From: Patescibacteria group bacterium | GTDB taxonomy: Bacteria > Patescibacteriota > Minisyncoccia > UBA6257 > JACRHW01 | Reading direction: 5' to 3' | DNA length: 64,000 nt | Assembly (NCBI GenBank): GCA_028865725.1 | Contig: JAGWJP010000002.1 | Coordinates: 104,050-168,049 of the forward strand | Part shown: in pieces, positions 49,362-59,783 of the stretch | How the letters are laid out: each line of letters begins with the position of its first letter | Position numbering within the stretch: position 1 is the first letter of the stretch | Program-made: the position numbers and the translations under genes | The notes under the pieces: model-generated | Told to the model about the DNA's origin: nothing | Database searches by the model: none | The model's input: the letters and a program-made list of their open reading frames with translations, nothing else

Positions 49362-50032
49362 ATTACCGTCCGATCTATCACCACAATATGAGAAGCCTCC
49401 TCCGCCACTTTTTCCAAATCATGAGAAACCAGCACAAGTGTCAATCCAAATTCAGTGTTCAAATGCTTAAGAAGCGCATAAAACTCATTACGTGTTACTT
49501 CATCGATTCCTGTCGTCGGTTCATCAAGAAAAATAATTTCAGGTTGTCCCGCAAGAGCGCGCGCAATAAATACGCGCTGCTGCTGCCCTCCTGACAGATC
49601 ACCAATCAAACGATTGCGATATTCCCACATTCCTATTTTAGTAAGTGCTGCCTCTACCTGACGGCGGTCTTCAATCGTCACCTTTTTGAACATTCCCCGC
49701 TTTGCATAACGTCCCATAAGCGCTACTTCCTCGACGGTAACTGGAAAATTAATATCAAAATTCGTTACTTTTTGTGGCACATATCCGATGCGCCACCATT
49801 CTCTAAACTCTTGAATAGGCTCATTAAATAACGCTATGTTCCCCTGCAAAGGAGTAAGCAACCCCAGCATCACACGAAGAAACGTAGATTTTCCTGCCCC
49901 ATTCGGTCCTACAATACCGACATAATCACCCGCGCATACGGAAAGCGAAATGTCATGCAACACTTCACCTTCTCCATATGAAAATGAAATGTGACGAGCG
50001 TCGATAAGCGTGTGCCGTGTTAGTGCGTGCAT
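49274..50032 (-). CDS. Metal (Zn/Mn) ABC transporter ATP-binding protein
   Basis: Walker A GPNGAGKST, signature LSGGQQQRVFIA, Walker B IIFLDEPT; overlaps permease gene. Confidence 0.88.
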   Translation of the reverse strand: MHALTRHTLIDARHISFSYGEGEVLHDISLSVCAGDYVGIVGPNGAGKSTFLRVMLGLLTPLQGNIALFNEPIQEFREWWRIGYVPQKVTNFDINFPVTVEEVALMGRYAKRGMFKKVTIEDRRQVEAALTKIGMWEYRNRLIGDLSGGQQQRVFIARALAGQPEIIFLDEPTTGIDEVTRNEFYALLKHLNTEFGLTLVLVSHDLEKVAEEASHIVVIDRTVMWAGSPQEFAQEGHRIHHLAYHGPEPHHS

Positions 50033-50952
50033 AACAATGCTTTTTGTAATTGTGCCAGATTACGCTCCATAATTGTGAAGTAGTTGTCTCCCCGCTGAAG
50101 TTCCTCTTTTGTCAACCCTTCAAGTGGATTTAGTTCCAAGGTAGTCGCACCCACTTCTTGCGCAAGCGTATTCGCTAATTTGGGACTTACTAAGCTCTCG
50201 AAGAAAATATAATGGACATTGTGCTGCTTCGCGAATGAAGCGATTTGCACCAACGTATTTGCTGAAGGCTCGGCATCAGGAGATAATCCCGCAATCGGAA
50301 CTTGTGTAAGACCGTAGGTACGCGCCAAATATCCAAATGCAGCATGAGAAGTGATAATGTCCTGATTCGCACAATGCGCAAGTCCCTCATGATACGCCTG
50401 ATCAAGCATATGAAGCCGGACAATCAGCGCTGTTGTATTTTTTTGATACGCTTCCGCATGAGACGGATCTACACGAATAAATCCCTCTGAAATCTTTTGC
50501 ACCATCTGCACCGCGAGCGGCGGACTCAACCACACATGAGGATCAGTCTCATGGTGTCCATTCTCTTCCAACATTTGATCGGTGAGCCCTTCTCCTGCTA
50601 CCACCACGAATGTATTCTTTGATGCATTATCTTGCACATTCTGACTCCACGCCTCAAGTCCTCCTCCATTTAATACCACAAGAGCACTCCGCTCTATGCG
50701 AGCCATATCCTGTGCTGTCGGCTCATAGTCGTGCGGCTCAGCGCCTGCAGGAGTAATGTTAAAAACATCAGCGTAGGTTCCCCCTATTTCCTGCGCAAAG
50801 AACGCAAGCGGATAAAAACTTGTGGAAACTTCAACCTTTCCTCCCTGCTCATGAGTTGAGGTTACATCAATATGTTGTGCTATCAACCAAAAAACACCCC
50901 CCAAGAGGAGAACTGCCCCCACTATCTCTATCCACAACAATCCTTTATGCAT
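50020..50952 (-). CDS. Metal (Zn/Mn) ABC transporter substrate-binding protein (cluster A-I SBP)
   Basis: 310 aa; N-terminal anchor, ZnuA/TroA-like fold with conserved His residues. Confidence 0.82.
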   Translation of the reverse strand: MHKGLLWIEIVGAVLLLGGVFWLIAQHIDVTSTHEQGGKVEVSTSFYPLAFFAQEIGGTYADVFNITPAGAEPHDYEPTAQDMARIERSALVVLNGGGLEAWSQNVQDNASKNTFVVVAGEGLTDQMLEENGHHETDPHVWLSPPLAVQMVQKISEGFIRVDPSHAEAYQKNTTALIVRLHMLDQAYHEGLAHCANQDIITSHAAFGYLARTYGLTQVPIAGLSPDAEPSANTLVQIASFAKQHNVHYIFFESLVSPKLANTLAQEVGATTLELNPLEGLTKEELQRGDNYFTIMERNLAQLQKALLCTH

Positions 50953-51040
50953 ACAAAAAACTTCAAAAATTACATTTTATCGTAACACATCTTTCGCTCA
51001 TAAAAAAATGCGCAGGATTTCCCGCGCAATGAAACTATTA

Positions 51041-51367
51041 TTATCCTTCTCGGTCTACCACATATCCATTTATAACAAGTACGTCCCGCATCAAATTCAA
51101 TCCACCCACCGTAACCACGGTAACCCGAAATGCACGATCTAAATTTTGAGGAATTTTCGTACCAAGAAACAATTGCCATCCAGGCATATCGCGCTGCACG
51201 ATAGCATTCACCTTTTCCCACGTCGGTCTCGAAGCAAACTCATCTTTCAAAAAACCGCCGTGAGAAAGTGCATTGTAAATTGTACGCTCATGCGTCTCTT
51301 TGCTCTGTGTTTCCGCGTGTCGCAGAAGTGCACGCCCAATCGCTGCCTCTACCTCATTCCACGCCAT
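51041..51367 (-). CDS. Hypothetical protein (108 aa)
   Basis: Intact ORF; no motif recognised. Confidence 0.35.
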   Translation of the reverse strand: MAWNEVEAAIGRALLRHAETQSKETHERTIYNALSHGGFLKDEFASRPTWEKVNAIVQRDMPGWQLFLGTKIPQNLDRAFRVTVVTVGGLNLMRDVLVINGYVVDREG

Positions 51368-51443
51368 GGCTTTTGCTCTCCTTTCCTAGATTGCCCCACA
51401 GCATAACACCCCCCTCAAGTTTGTCGAGATCTTACACACGGCA

Positions 51444-52073
51444 CTAACTTGCCCAGCTCTTATACGCTTGCTGTAAGCGATCGATCTCCTCAGGGCTTAG
51501 AGTCTTATACACTCGCACCCAGTCATTTGCAATCTGTTCTTGCGCCACCTTGATATCTACCACTCCTGCACATACTTCTTCGTGAAGATAGTCCTCTACA
51601 AGATCCTTTTCGCGAAACCCGGGCACGGGATCTGCGGCCTCAGGAAATAGGTTCGCGATATCATTGCTTCCCCCGAGCTCAAGAGGAATTACATGATCGA
51701 TCTCTACTGTGCCGTAGGGTGCGGGATACGACATGCCGTATTCTCGAAATACCTTTTTCTTCGTGGCGGTGGAAACATTACGAACCGTCTTGGTGTATCC
51801 TAAAACACAAATTACATCGGGGGTTGCACGAGCAAAAACTGCTCCAGGCGTACAGGAGTGGTCAGGAAGACTATCATGTACCATACATTCCGCGGTTTTA
51901 TTTCGCGTATCGAGATGAAACGGAACAGATGCATGAAGCAAAAAATCGGCAGTGTTCTGCCGGGAATCAAGAGACACTAAACTCTCATGCATTCGCGTGG
52001 TGTACCAAAAATATCCCCCGCCCCCCAAAACGGCCAGAATAATAAATAAAATGCTAGTGGTACGCGCCGACAT
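51444..52073 (-). CDS. Membrane-anchored HNH-type nuclease
   Basis: 209 aa; N-terminal TM helix; VEIDHVIPLELGGSNDIANL HNH motif; Cys residues upstream may form a zinc site. Confidence 0.6.
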   Translation of the reverse strand: MSARTTSILFIILAVLGGGGYFWYTTRMHESLVSLDSRQNTADFLLHASVPFHLDTRNKTAECMVHDSLPDHSCTPGAVFARATPDVICVLGYTKTVRNVSTATKKKVFREYGMSYPAPYGTVEIDHVIPLELGGSNDIANLFPEAADPVPGFREKDLVEDYLHEEVCAGVVDIKVAQEQIANDWVRVYKTLSPEEIDRLQQAYKSWAS

Positions 52074-52154
52074 AGTTTGTCGTGTGCTTACAGCCTATCA
52101 CATGTTCTGTGCTTGCTCCAATATGCTATACTAACAGTACACAATCTCATCGCT

Positions 52155-53051
52155 ATGAATAAAGATGCGCTCTCCATTTTGTTTTTCACTCTTCTTGCGG
52201 GCGTAGGGCTATTTGTCTTGCGTTCTGTACCGCTCAATAACTTCATTACCCCCCTCTCCTCATTGACTGCCTCCTCTACCCTTACTTCGCGCGCTCCCAC
52301 CTACCGCAATCCAAGCCCATCCGCTTCTCCTTCTTCGCCTACTGTTTCCGCAAGCACAAGCACGCCCATTAATCCCTATGATATCCCCGCCGGCTTTTCT
52401 GCGAACGACCTCTCCCCTTATTTTCATAAAATACGCTTCTCAACCGCCTACCCGGGATATGGAAGCTCTTACGGACAAGTCGCCCTCTCATCCAATTTTT
52501 ACGACGACGAGCATATTGATATCACGGGATGGCTAATTCAAGGAAATCAGGGTAGTCAGATTGTTCCGCATGCCATCAATGTCTACGATCCTACAGGACT
52601 CGCTCCCGAAACCGACATTATCATGAAACAAAATTCCATCGTACGCATGTACTCCACCGCAAGCGCTATCGGTAGAAACCTTCAGTTGAATGAATGCAGC
52701 GGCTACCTCGCAAACGCAAATTCATTTACCCCAGAGCTCCCGCTTACCTGCCCACGCCCTACTGACTCCGAAATATCAGGCTATAGTAACCCATGCCAAG
52801 ACTATGTCTCTTCCCTCAGCACCTGTGGTGCACCGGCAGCCAATCCTCCAGGATTAGAATACGACAACGCATGCAGATCCTATCTTTTGACACTCAACTA
52901 TCGCGGATGCTACGAACGCCACGTAAACGATGTAAATTTTCTCGGTAATGAATGGTGGGTGTGGACCAACAACAACTTCGTTGCCACACGGCGAGAAAAT
53001 CTGCGCCTCTTTGATAACAACCACCTGCTCGTCGATACCTACCAATATTAA
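52155..53051 (+). CDS. Hypothetical secreted protein (signal/anchor plus S/T/P-rich linker)
   Basis: Plus-strand ORF; hydrophobic N-terminus ILFFTLLAGVGLFVL, low-complexity linker, Cys-containing C-terminal domain. Confidence 0.45.
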   Translation: MNKDALSILFFTLLAGVGLFVLRSVPLNNFITPLSSLTASSTLTSRAPTYRNPSPSASPSSPTVSASTSTPINPYDIPAGFSANDLSPYFHKIRFSTAYPGYGSSYGQVALSSNFYDDEHIDITGWLIQGNQGSQIVPHAINVYDPTGLAPETDIIMKQNSIVRMYSTASAIGRNLQLNECSGYLANANSFTPELPLTCPRPTDSEISGYSNPCQDYVSSLSTCGAPAANPPGLEYDNACRSYLLTLNYRGCYERHVNDVNFLGNEWWVWTNNNFVATRRENLRLFDNNHLLVDTYQY

Positions 53052-53121
53052 AGAGGGAAAATATAAACCATGGAATATCGTAATAAAAAACCGGGCTATT
53101 CCCGGTTTTTTAATATTTTCC

Positions 53122-53742
53122 CTATGTCCCCGCACGAAGAATAAAATAAAGCAGTTCGAGAATGGATTCTTCCGTCAGCCTTCCGTATCTATTTAATGTG
53201 GCGCAAAGCAGCATATTCGCAGATACGTTACAACGTGATGCCTGTTCATGAAGCAAGAGGAATGTACGCTCGGAGATCATGGTGGTAAATCGAGATCCTG
53301 CGTGAAGGACAAATACGCGTATCGTTTTGCTTGAAACAATCTGTGCAAGATCGCCTTCAATCACGACGGGATTCATACCCAAAAGCTCGTCAGTGAAAAG
53401 ATTGTTGGGAATTTCATTCCACAAAAAGATATCCCTTCCGATTCTCCAAGCCTGAAAAATCTCCAGAAATGTCGCGCCGCCAATATAATTTTTTTGATCA
53501 CCCTTGTCAAAATTGAGCACGAGAAGCGCGTCATTTCCTCTTACCTTTTCCTCTTGGAGCATTAGCATCTTTGCTTTCCATGTTCGATGCGCTTCTTCTC
53601 CCCGTTCTCTCATGCGCTCTTCCCAAAACGGTTCATCATAACTATTCGGAAGCGTCACCACATGGCCCTGTGCCTCAAGCGCCGCTTTGATAGGAGGAAT
53701 ACGATCATAGCAATACTTGCTACACACAATAAAAATCTTCAT
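53122..53742 (-). CDS. Hypothetical protein, N-terminal flavodoxin-like/nucleoside 2-deoxyribosyltransferase-like fold (tentative)
   Basis: 206 aa; MKIFIVCS start and alternating beta-alpha pattern; weak. Confidence 0.3.
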   Translation of the reverse strand: MKIFIVCSKYCYDRIPPIKAALEAQGHVVTLPNSYDEPFWEERMRERGEEAHRTWKAKMLMLQEEKVRGNDALLVLNFDKGDQKNYIGGATFLEIFQAWRIGRDIFLWNEIPNNLFTDELLGMNPVVIEGDLAQIVSSKTIRVFVLHAGSRFTTMISERTFLLLHEQASRCNVSANMLLCATLNRYGRLTEESILELLYFILRAGT

Positions 53743-53851
53743 TACCTATATCTCCTGCAAGAAAGAGCTGGTACAAGCATACTATACAATGATCAATGTA
53801 TCAATATGTGGTTCCCAATCAAAAACCGCCGCGATAGTCATCGAGACGGTT

Positions 53852-54097
53852 TTAATTTCCTTTTAGTATTTTATTCCTTAATAATGCTGCTTGTAGTTCT
53901 TGTTCTTTTTCTTTTGCCGCAAGTGCTTTTGCTTTTTCCTTTTCGCTTATCTCTGGACGTGGTTTGGGGTCGGTAGCTGTTCCTTCTTTCTGAGTGTCGG
54001 GGCCTTCCTGTTTTTTTTCATCCTGTCCCTTGGAGGGCCGCTCAAAAAAGGGCTTATGAGAGGGGCTTCCTGGGGTGATAGGTTTGATTATTTCCAT
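53852..54097 (-). CDS. Small Lys/Glu/Pro-rich hypothetical protein
   Basis: 81 aa low-complexity ORF; coding status uncertain. Confidence 0.25.
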   Translation of the reverse strand: MEIIKPITPGSPSHKPFFERPSKGQDEKKQEGPDTQKEGTATDPKPRPEISEKEKAKALAAKEKEQELQAALLRNKILKGN

Positions 54098-54193
54098 AGT
54101 ATAATACTACATAATTAGTATACCATATTTATAAAAAAATGCAAGCATACCTGTACAGTATACACAAAAAATCGCTCAAATTTGAGCGAAAGA

Positions 54194-54841
54194 CTACACA
54201 ATAGTCACCACTAATCGTACCGCCCACGCAAGGCCACGCAACACATAATGAATGACGCTAAACATAACACCTCCTCCCGCAATGAGCGCATTTTCAAACG
54301 TATGTGATTGTCGAAGCCCGCGCACCCATCCATATGCCGTATAGAGTATAAATATGACAATCCCCCACCACATATTCAAAGAAATACAGTGGTGATGGGG
54401 GCATTTCATCGCCTTCGCAATCTCTTCCCGAGCGTGTGCATTGCCATAGTAAACGGCAACGAACGTCAGTGCCATAAGAAAGTAAGGACGCCACTTCTCT
54501 GCCAGAGCAGGATAGAGAATGATAAGCCCAGAAGCGGCCGACACCACGAGCATCGCAACAAAAGACGACTCCAACGCTCCTCCTGTTTCATGGTGCGCAA
54601 TAAGCGGACCGGAAACAAACCCCAAGACGACGCTCATTCCCCCCACTGCCACAACGCGCACAACCCTACTCTCCACGAGTTCTAGCACCATCACGCAGGA
54701 CGCACAGATAAGTAATGCAGTGAGACATGTGTGTAAATTGAGAATCATATGATAACTCATCAGGGCGCCCCACAACCATGCAGAAGAAACCAAAAAGGTA
54801 AACAATCCTATCATGCGTATATAACATGCCCTTCCAAGCAT
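54194..54841 (-). CDS. Hypothetical polytopic membrane protein
   Basis: 215 aa with 6 or more hydrophobic helices. Confidence 0.45.
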   Translation of the reverse strand: MLGRACYIRMIGLFTFLVSSAWLWGALMSYHMILNLHTCLTALLICASCVMVLELVESRVVRVVAVGGMSVVLGFVSGPLIAHHETGGALESSFVAMLVVSAASGLIILYPALAEKWRPYFLMALTFVAVYYGNAHAREEIAKAMKCPHHHCISLNMWWGIVIFILYTAYGWVRGLRQSHTFENALIAGGGVMFSVIHYVLRGLAWAVRLVVTIV

Positions 54842-55167
54842 TGCGGCACCTTCTTTTTTATTTCAAACAACTACAACAAAAATAGCACATTGCGTGCTAT
54901 TGATCAATTCATTGTTCCCACCCCCCTCTGCCGTACTTAAGAGGCTACAGAATACCAGTTAACTTTTTTAAACACCCCTTTTTCCTCCTTTTTAGATTTC
55001 AAGGAACTTGAAAAAGTTATAGCACATCATTGATATATAAGTCAACATTCGCGGCCCTTAAGTCCTCCTCCCCTGAGGCATCCAAAATCAAAGTGCGGTG
55101 CCCTACATAGCACACCGCGCACATCTTTACGTGGTGTATGCTCGCTATATTATTCCTTCACACATTC

Positions 55168-55719
55168 CTATTGCTCGCGATGAAACACTTCTCCTGCCTG
55201 CCAAGGTGTACCAAGCGCAGGTAATACATAGCGATCGAGTCCAAGCCATCCCGCGGTGCGCCATGCAAGGATTAATAATAATTGGAAAAGAAGCATCACG
55301 GGATTTAGGCTTACTGTACCCGCAAACAAGTAGTTTAGGTTCATGAATGTGCCAAAAAACGCGGCAATTCCCGTAAAGACACCAAAAATCAACGCAACGC
55401 CTACCGCAAGTTCTCCATAGGTAATCAAGTATGAAAAGAATACGGGATGAGGCAACGCGATATGTCGGATAAAAAACGAGTACCATCCCGATACATCAGG
55501 ATGCTGTCCTCCCGCTTTTTGAAGTGCGGCGGTCAAGAAACCCTTAACGGCAACCCCCGCCGAAGATCCTGTCCACGCAGCACTGCCCAATTTTTCCCAC
55601 CCCGCCATCACCCACTCATACCCAATATAGACGCGCACGATAAGCCAAAACCACGCCATACGTGTATCTGAAAAAAGAAAACGCGACAATGCAGGCTCTG
55701 GTATTTCGATTGTATGCAT
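55168..55719 (-). CDS. DoxX-family membrane protein
   Basis: 183 aa; four TM helices and conserved W/G pattern of DoxX/TQO small subunit family. Confidence 0.65.
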   Translation of the reverse strand: MHTIEIPEPALSRFLFSDTRMAWFWLIVRVYIGYEWVMAGWEKLGSAAWTGSSAGVAVKGFLTAALQKAGGQHPDVSGWYSFFIRHIALPHPVFFSYLITYGELAVGVALIFGVFTGIAAFFGTFMNLNYLFAGTVSLNPVMLLFQLLLILAWRTAGWLGLDRYVLPALGTPWQAGEVFHREQ

Positions 55720-55883
55720 AGTGAATTGTTAATGTAATAAAAACGCCTTTCCTATTGTGAGTATATCACACTCAAAAAATCAAGAGCAGTGAAACGTTAT
55801 CCACTATAGTCACTTGTCACACGATACAATGGTTTTATAATAAAAGAAAGGTCGCGTGGTATACCATAACACCTATTTGATTT

Positions 55884-56126
55884 ATGAATACCTGTTCACC
55901 CAAAGCTCTTGGTGTTGCGCTCGGCGTCCTCTGGGCTTTGTACGTATTTTTTGCAGGCATTTTTGCAATGTACGGCTGGGGAAGCGCACTTGTCGCATTG
56001 CTCAGTTCATTCTACCTTGGCTACGGTGCTTCATTTGCAGGAGCACTCATCGGCGCGGTATGGGCATTTGTCGATGGCTTTGTTGCGGGAGCAATTATCG
56101 CATGGGTTTATAATAAAATAGCCTAG
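55884..56126 (+). CDS. Small Gly/Ala-rich membrane protein
   Basis: 80 aa, plus strand, two hydrophobic helices, followed by terminator. Confidence 0.4.
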   Translation: MNTCSPKALGVALGVLWALYVFFAGIFAMYGWGSALVALLSSFYLGYGASFAGALIGAVWAFVDGFVAGAIIAWVYNKIA

Positions 56127-56146
56127 TACTTTTCATTCTCCATCAA

Positions 56147-56178
56147 AAAGAGCGTTTAATGCGAACGCTCTTTTTTCT
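56147..56178 (+). terminator. Rho-independent terminator
   Basis: AAGAGCGTT-loop-AACGCTCTT hairpin then TTTTTCTTCTT. Confidence 0.6.
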
Positions 56179-56234
56179 TCTTCATTGTTATTTAAAAAAC
56201 CGCCTTGAATAAGCGGCTCATCACACACTCGTTG

Positions 56235-56663
56235 TTAGTTATTCGAAAACGAGGTACCTCTGCCTCCTTTTTCCTGAGGTGGTTCCGTAGAAGGAAGGGG
56301 CATCATCGCCATCAAAATTCCGGAATCCGCAAAAACAGCCACACGTATATATCCCTTAGGAATAGGGTTAGCGGCAACCTTGGCCACCGAAGGAACAATT
56401 TCCCCGATACGGTCGATAAATCCTTTCGTTGCGATCCCAATTACCACACGCTTGATATTAAAATCTATACCGGAAAATCCCTCCTCACAAAAATGAAATG
56501 TTTTCGCTATCTCGCCCCAGACAGGATCATTCATATCAAGCGCTATGATAACAAATGCGGTGCTGTCTAATTCTCCTATGACAAACTGCTGATACGCTAC
56601 TGATGCAATCTGATCTCTTATGGCGAGAAATAATTTGGCACGCTTCCCCTCATAAGGATTCAT
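56235..56663 (-). CDS. Hypothetical protein (142 aa)
   Basis: Intact ORF; possible roadblock/LC7-like alpha-beta fold, unverified. Confidence 0.35.
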   Translation of the reverse strand: MNPYEGKRAKLFLAIRDQIASVAYQQFVIGELDSTAFVIIALDMNDPVWGEIAKTFHFCEEGFSGIDFNIKRVVIGIATKGFIDRIGEIVPSVAKVAANPIPKGYIRVAVFADSGILMAMMPLPSTEPPQEKGGRGTSFSNN

Positions 56664-56806
56664 GTACCATCACGCTCCGCTCCCAATGAACTGACTTCAC
56701 ATTAGCATATCTTTCTTCTCTTTTCTAGTCCCGGTGCGAACAATCTTTGTTTGATCTTTTCCACAACGTCTGCGGCATAACAAAAATCTCGCGGAGAAGC
56801 GAGATA

Positions 56807-57583
56807 TTATGTGCCGTTGAATAACGGATTTGTTTCGACAAAAGAAAACATCCTGAATATACGATCAATGGTAACCACACGCGGATCTGTGATATGCTCC
56901 TCTATGAGTTCTGCCGCCCATGTATAATACGGAATATACAATCCATATGCCCCCGCTTGCAATGCGGGCACAATATCAGATTGAAACGAGTTACCGACGC
57001 TAATAAGGGTATGATCCGGATAACGTTCTTGTAGAGCGCGAAACTCCTGTTCTGTTTTCGAGTGTGTAATATGAATCTCCGCGCCAAACCATCGGTCAAG
57101 ATTTAACATATCAATCTTCGTCTTTTGTACTAATTCATCTCCCTTGGTAATCAAGATCAGTGCGTCGCCCCGCGCAACAAGAAAATCCAACACTTCCCCG
57201 CCGCCCTCTACGAGGCCCTGCTCCTGATACCGAAGCGGATCAAATGCCGAATATCCGATATCACGCACCCGCTGTAGTACCAACTCATTCACATTTCCAA
57301 ACCCCTGCGCGCAAAGCCACCGATAGGTCCGCACGAGAGATTCGGGAAAACGATGCCGCGTATAGCCATAGGGGATCATAAGAGCCGGATTAATTTCCTC
57401 ACGCAATCCAAGATCAATTTTCTCCGAAATCGTGCCGAGGGTGCGAATTTCCAAAAGCCTATGTTTATAGAGTTTCAGCAGATAATTATAAAATACCTCA
57501 AATGCGACGGAATATGCATACGAAGTCCATATTAAGGTATCATCTAAATCAAACACCCAGCATATCTTTCGCTTGACGCTCAT
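56807..57583 (-). CDS. HAD-superfamily hydrolase
   Basis: FDLDDTL motif I (DxDxT), later K and DD motifs; terminator hairpin at 56770..56800. Confidence 0.68.
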   Translation of the reverse strand: MSVKRKICWVFDLDDTLIWTSYAYSVAFEVFYNYLLKLYKHRLLEIRTLGTISEKIDLGLREEINPALMIPYGYTRHRFPESLVRTYRWLCAQGFGNVNELVLQRVRDIGYSAFDPLRYQEQGLVEGGGEVLDFLVARGDALILITKGDELVQKTKIDMLNLDRWFGAEIHITHSKTEQEFRALQERYPDHTLISVGNSFQSDIVPALQAGAYGLYIPYYTWAAELIEEHITDPRVVTIDRIFRMFSFVETNPLFNGT

Positions 57584-57739
57584 CACATTCACCTCCTTAC
57601 ACCTTTTTGCAACCAGCATTACTGGCCTTAACGGTTTTCAACGGACTATAAAAATAGTAATATGACAGGACGCATTTGTACAGTACATCAACAGAAAACA
57701 AAAACGCCCTTGCAAGGCGTCCGCGTTGGTGCGAGTGGT

Positions 57740-58282
57740 TTATTTACTCTTCTTATTACGCTTTTTTGCAGATCGCAACACGCGCTGAAGAATCCTGATT
57801 TCGTCCTCGAGCCCTCTCACCATAGTTTGCATATGACGCACAGCTCCCTGGTCAGCACCCTCAAAGGTTGCAAACGTTCCTAGTAGTTCCTCTCTCGAAA
57901 ATCCATAATATAAATAATATGCACTGGGGTTTACATAAATCCGATAATAAAACGAGGCCACTTTCACGGAATACCCTTCATACCCAAAATACTTCCATGG
58001 TAGCTGTCGCTTCTTTCGTTTCGCAGGAGTACGCATATTCTTTTCCTCCTTCTTTTCTTCCGGATCAGAGAGCATCTGAGTAAAGAACTGACAAGTTAAG
58101 CATTGCGTGATGTGAATCAATCGTTCTTCAGGAAGATCAGGATATGCCTCCCACTCCTCGATCCCAAGACAATCAGGCGTTGAGGGAGTTTGATGAAACG
58201 TTTCATCAAGTCTTCGCTGTAAATCCTCTGAAGTCATGCCCCACTCACGTGCAGCCGCCTCTAATGCTTCATTTTCGTCCAT
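57740..58282 (-). CDS. Hypothetical protein (180 aa)
   Basis: Intact ORF with terminator (57700..57735); C-terminal basic tail. Confidence 0.35.
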   Translation of the reverse strand: MDENEALEAAAREWGMTSEDLQRRLDETFHQTPSTPDCLGIEEWEAYPDLPEERLIHITQCLTCQFFTQMLSDPEEKKEEKNMRTPAKRKKRQLPWKYFGYEGYSVKVASFYYRIYVNPSAYYLYYGFSREELLGTFATFEGADQGAVRHMQTMVRGLEDEIRILQRVLRSAKKRNKKSK

Positions 58283-58635
58283 ATGGATACCTCCTCACCT
58301 CACAATGGACTGCCTCAAGAATATCACGCGCGAAACGAAAAGATAATCATACGCCTAGTTTGATAAGACAAAATATGTAGAATCATCTAACAGACTGCAA
58401 ATGGTAATAAAAAAGCCCTGATATGTCGGGGCTAAACACATTAGATTAAAAATTATAGAGCGTCCCTGATATCAATCCAAGATAAAATTCCGCATCGCGA
58501 AACGCAAACTGATTCATCTGACTCTTCATATCAATATCAGCCAGTTGAAAGAGGTGCAGAAACTTCTCACGAGCATTTCTTGGGTTAAGCGACATCGCAT
58601 GATACAGCACCACAATCGCATCAGTATAATTATGA

Positions 58636-59043
58636 GTGGATTCCGGACCGCACATGGTAGCGATACCGACTACTTCTCGAGCGGTCAAAAATGACAACGG
58701 AAGCATCTTCACCAATTACTATCTTGGCACAAACGAAAGAAGCGACCTCTTGGTGAAGACGCTTCATGCACTCGATATGTTTTGTAGAGAACACAACATT
58801 GTTCATTACCTCATTGATCCTGGTAAACCAGCTCAGAATGGCACCGTAGAACGAAGTCACCGAGAAGATCAGGAGAAATTTTATGAACAACATACGTTCA
58901 AGACAATCACCGATTTGCGACGTAAACTAAAACAGTGGAATATATATTACAATGATCTTGAGCACTGTGGGTTGAAAGGAAAAACACCGAATGAATTTCT
59001 TCTTGATTATCAATTAACTAATCCGCCAGATGTCCGTACCTAA
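58636..59043 (+). pseudogene. Truncated DDE transposase (rve integrase-core C-terminal fragment, IS3/IS481-like)
   Basis: KNDNGSIFTN (second catalytic D region) and PGKPAQNGTVERSHRE (catalytic E region) present; HTH and first D missing; no terminal inverted repeats of an intact IS found. Confidence 0.65.
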
Positions 59044-59059
59044 AACACCGCTCTATTTT

Positions 59060-59190
59060 CTCAAAAAGTTCGAAAGTCACAATAGGTTGGGTGGAGGTGG
59101 CGCCTGTACCTGAATTGGTGGTGGACCAGATGAGGCAACTTTGTAGCCTCATCTAACATATCAGGTAAGGCGGTAAAAAATGAAAAAACC
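59060..59190. repeat. Repeat unit A (conserved 28-nt 5' block and about 40-nt 3' block) next to transposase fragment
   Basis: CTCAAAAAGTTCGAAAGTCACAATAGG and CATCTAACATATCAGGTAAGGCGGTAAAAAATGAAAAAACC recur at 59635..59783. Confidence 0.6.
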
Positions 59191-59218
59191 GCGTAATGCG
59201 GTGTATTTATGTTATTCT

Positions 59219-59569
59219 TTATTCTTGCCTCATATCTGCAAGAAGTTTTATGGTGTTCAAACCGGGAGTAGCAATTTCTCTCAAACTACCTGTGGTGGGA
59301 TCACCGTAACACAAGATTTTTCCTTCTTGAGTTTTTTCTACAGCAACGCAATACAGATGCACTGCTTCGTTGAGGAATGCTTTAAAATCTTTAAAGCCAC
59401 ACCTTCGTATAACCCTAGCAACCCGGTCGTGATATTCTTCACTAAGGATAAAAGAGACTTCATGGTTAAGCCTTTCTCGATCGAAAACTTCCTCATAGTT
59501 AGTTTCTTGTTTTTCATCAGGTTTCTTTGAGAAAAGGGATACAACACGAGAACTCAACCATTTAAACAT
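59219..59569 (-). CDS. Hypothetical protein (cargo of repeat-flanked cassette)
   Basis: Probable start MFKWL; terminator hairpin (ACCGC-ATTAC-GCGGT plus T6) at 59183..59210; promoter-like TAGACA-17-TTATAT upstream on minus strand. Confidence 0.4.
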   Translation of the reverse strand: MFKWLSSRVVSLFSKKPDEKQETNYEEVFDRERLNHEVSFILSEEYHDRVARVIRRCGFKDFKAFLNEAVHLYCVAVEKTQEGKILCYGDPTTGSLREIATPGLNTIKLLADMRQE

Positions 59570-59634
59570 ATGTCTTATCTCCTTCAACGAACTGAAAAAA
59601 ATATAACACAAAAACGTACTGTTTGTCTAGCCCA

Positions 59635-59783
59635 TCTCAAAAAAGTTCGAAAGTCGCAAAGGGTATCAAAAAATCATCTGATTTTATCACGTGATTTTCG
59701 GCTGCTCCGCATGATGCGCGATGTAAGAACCTTGTTCGCTACCCTCTCCTGATATATCAGGTAGGGTAGTAAAATTAAGAAAC
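59635..59783. repeat. Repeat unit B (paralog of unit A)
   Basis: CTCAAAAAAGTTCGAAAGTCGCAAAGGG ... CCTGATATATCAGGTAGGGTAGTAAAATTAAGAAACC; variable middle. Confidence 0.6.

Noticed and set aside
54842-55167. 325-bp gap with short hairpins (ATAGCAC-ATTGC-GTGCTAT; GTGCGGTG...CACCGCGCAC) as possible ncRNA
   Set aside because: Only short isolated stems without a following T-tract or a recognisable family fold. Noted but insufficient evidence.
58446-58715. 89-aa ORF antisense to the transposase fragment
   Set aside because: Overlaps the transposase remnant on the opposite strand. Although a terminator-like hairpin follows it, no motif and likely spurious. The hairpin more likely belongs to the repeat-element family.
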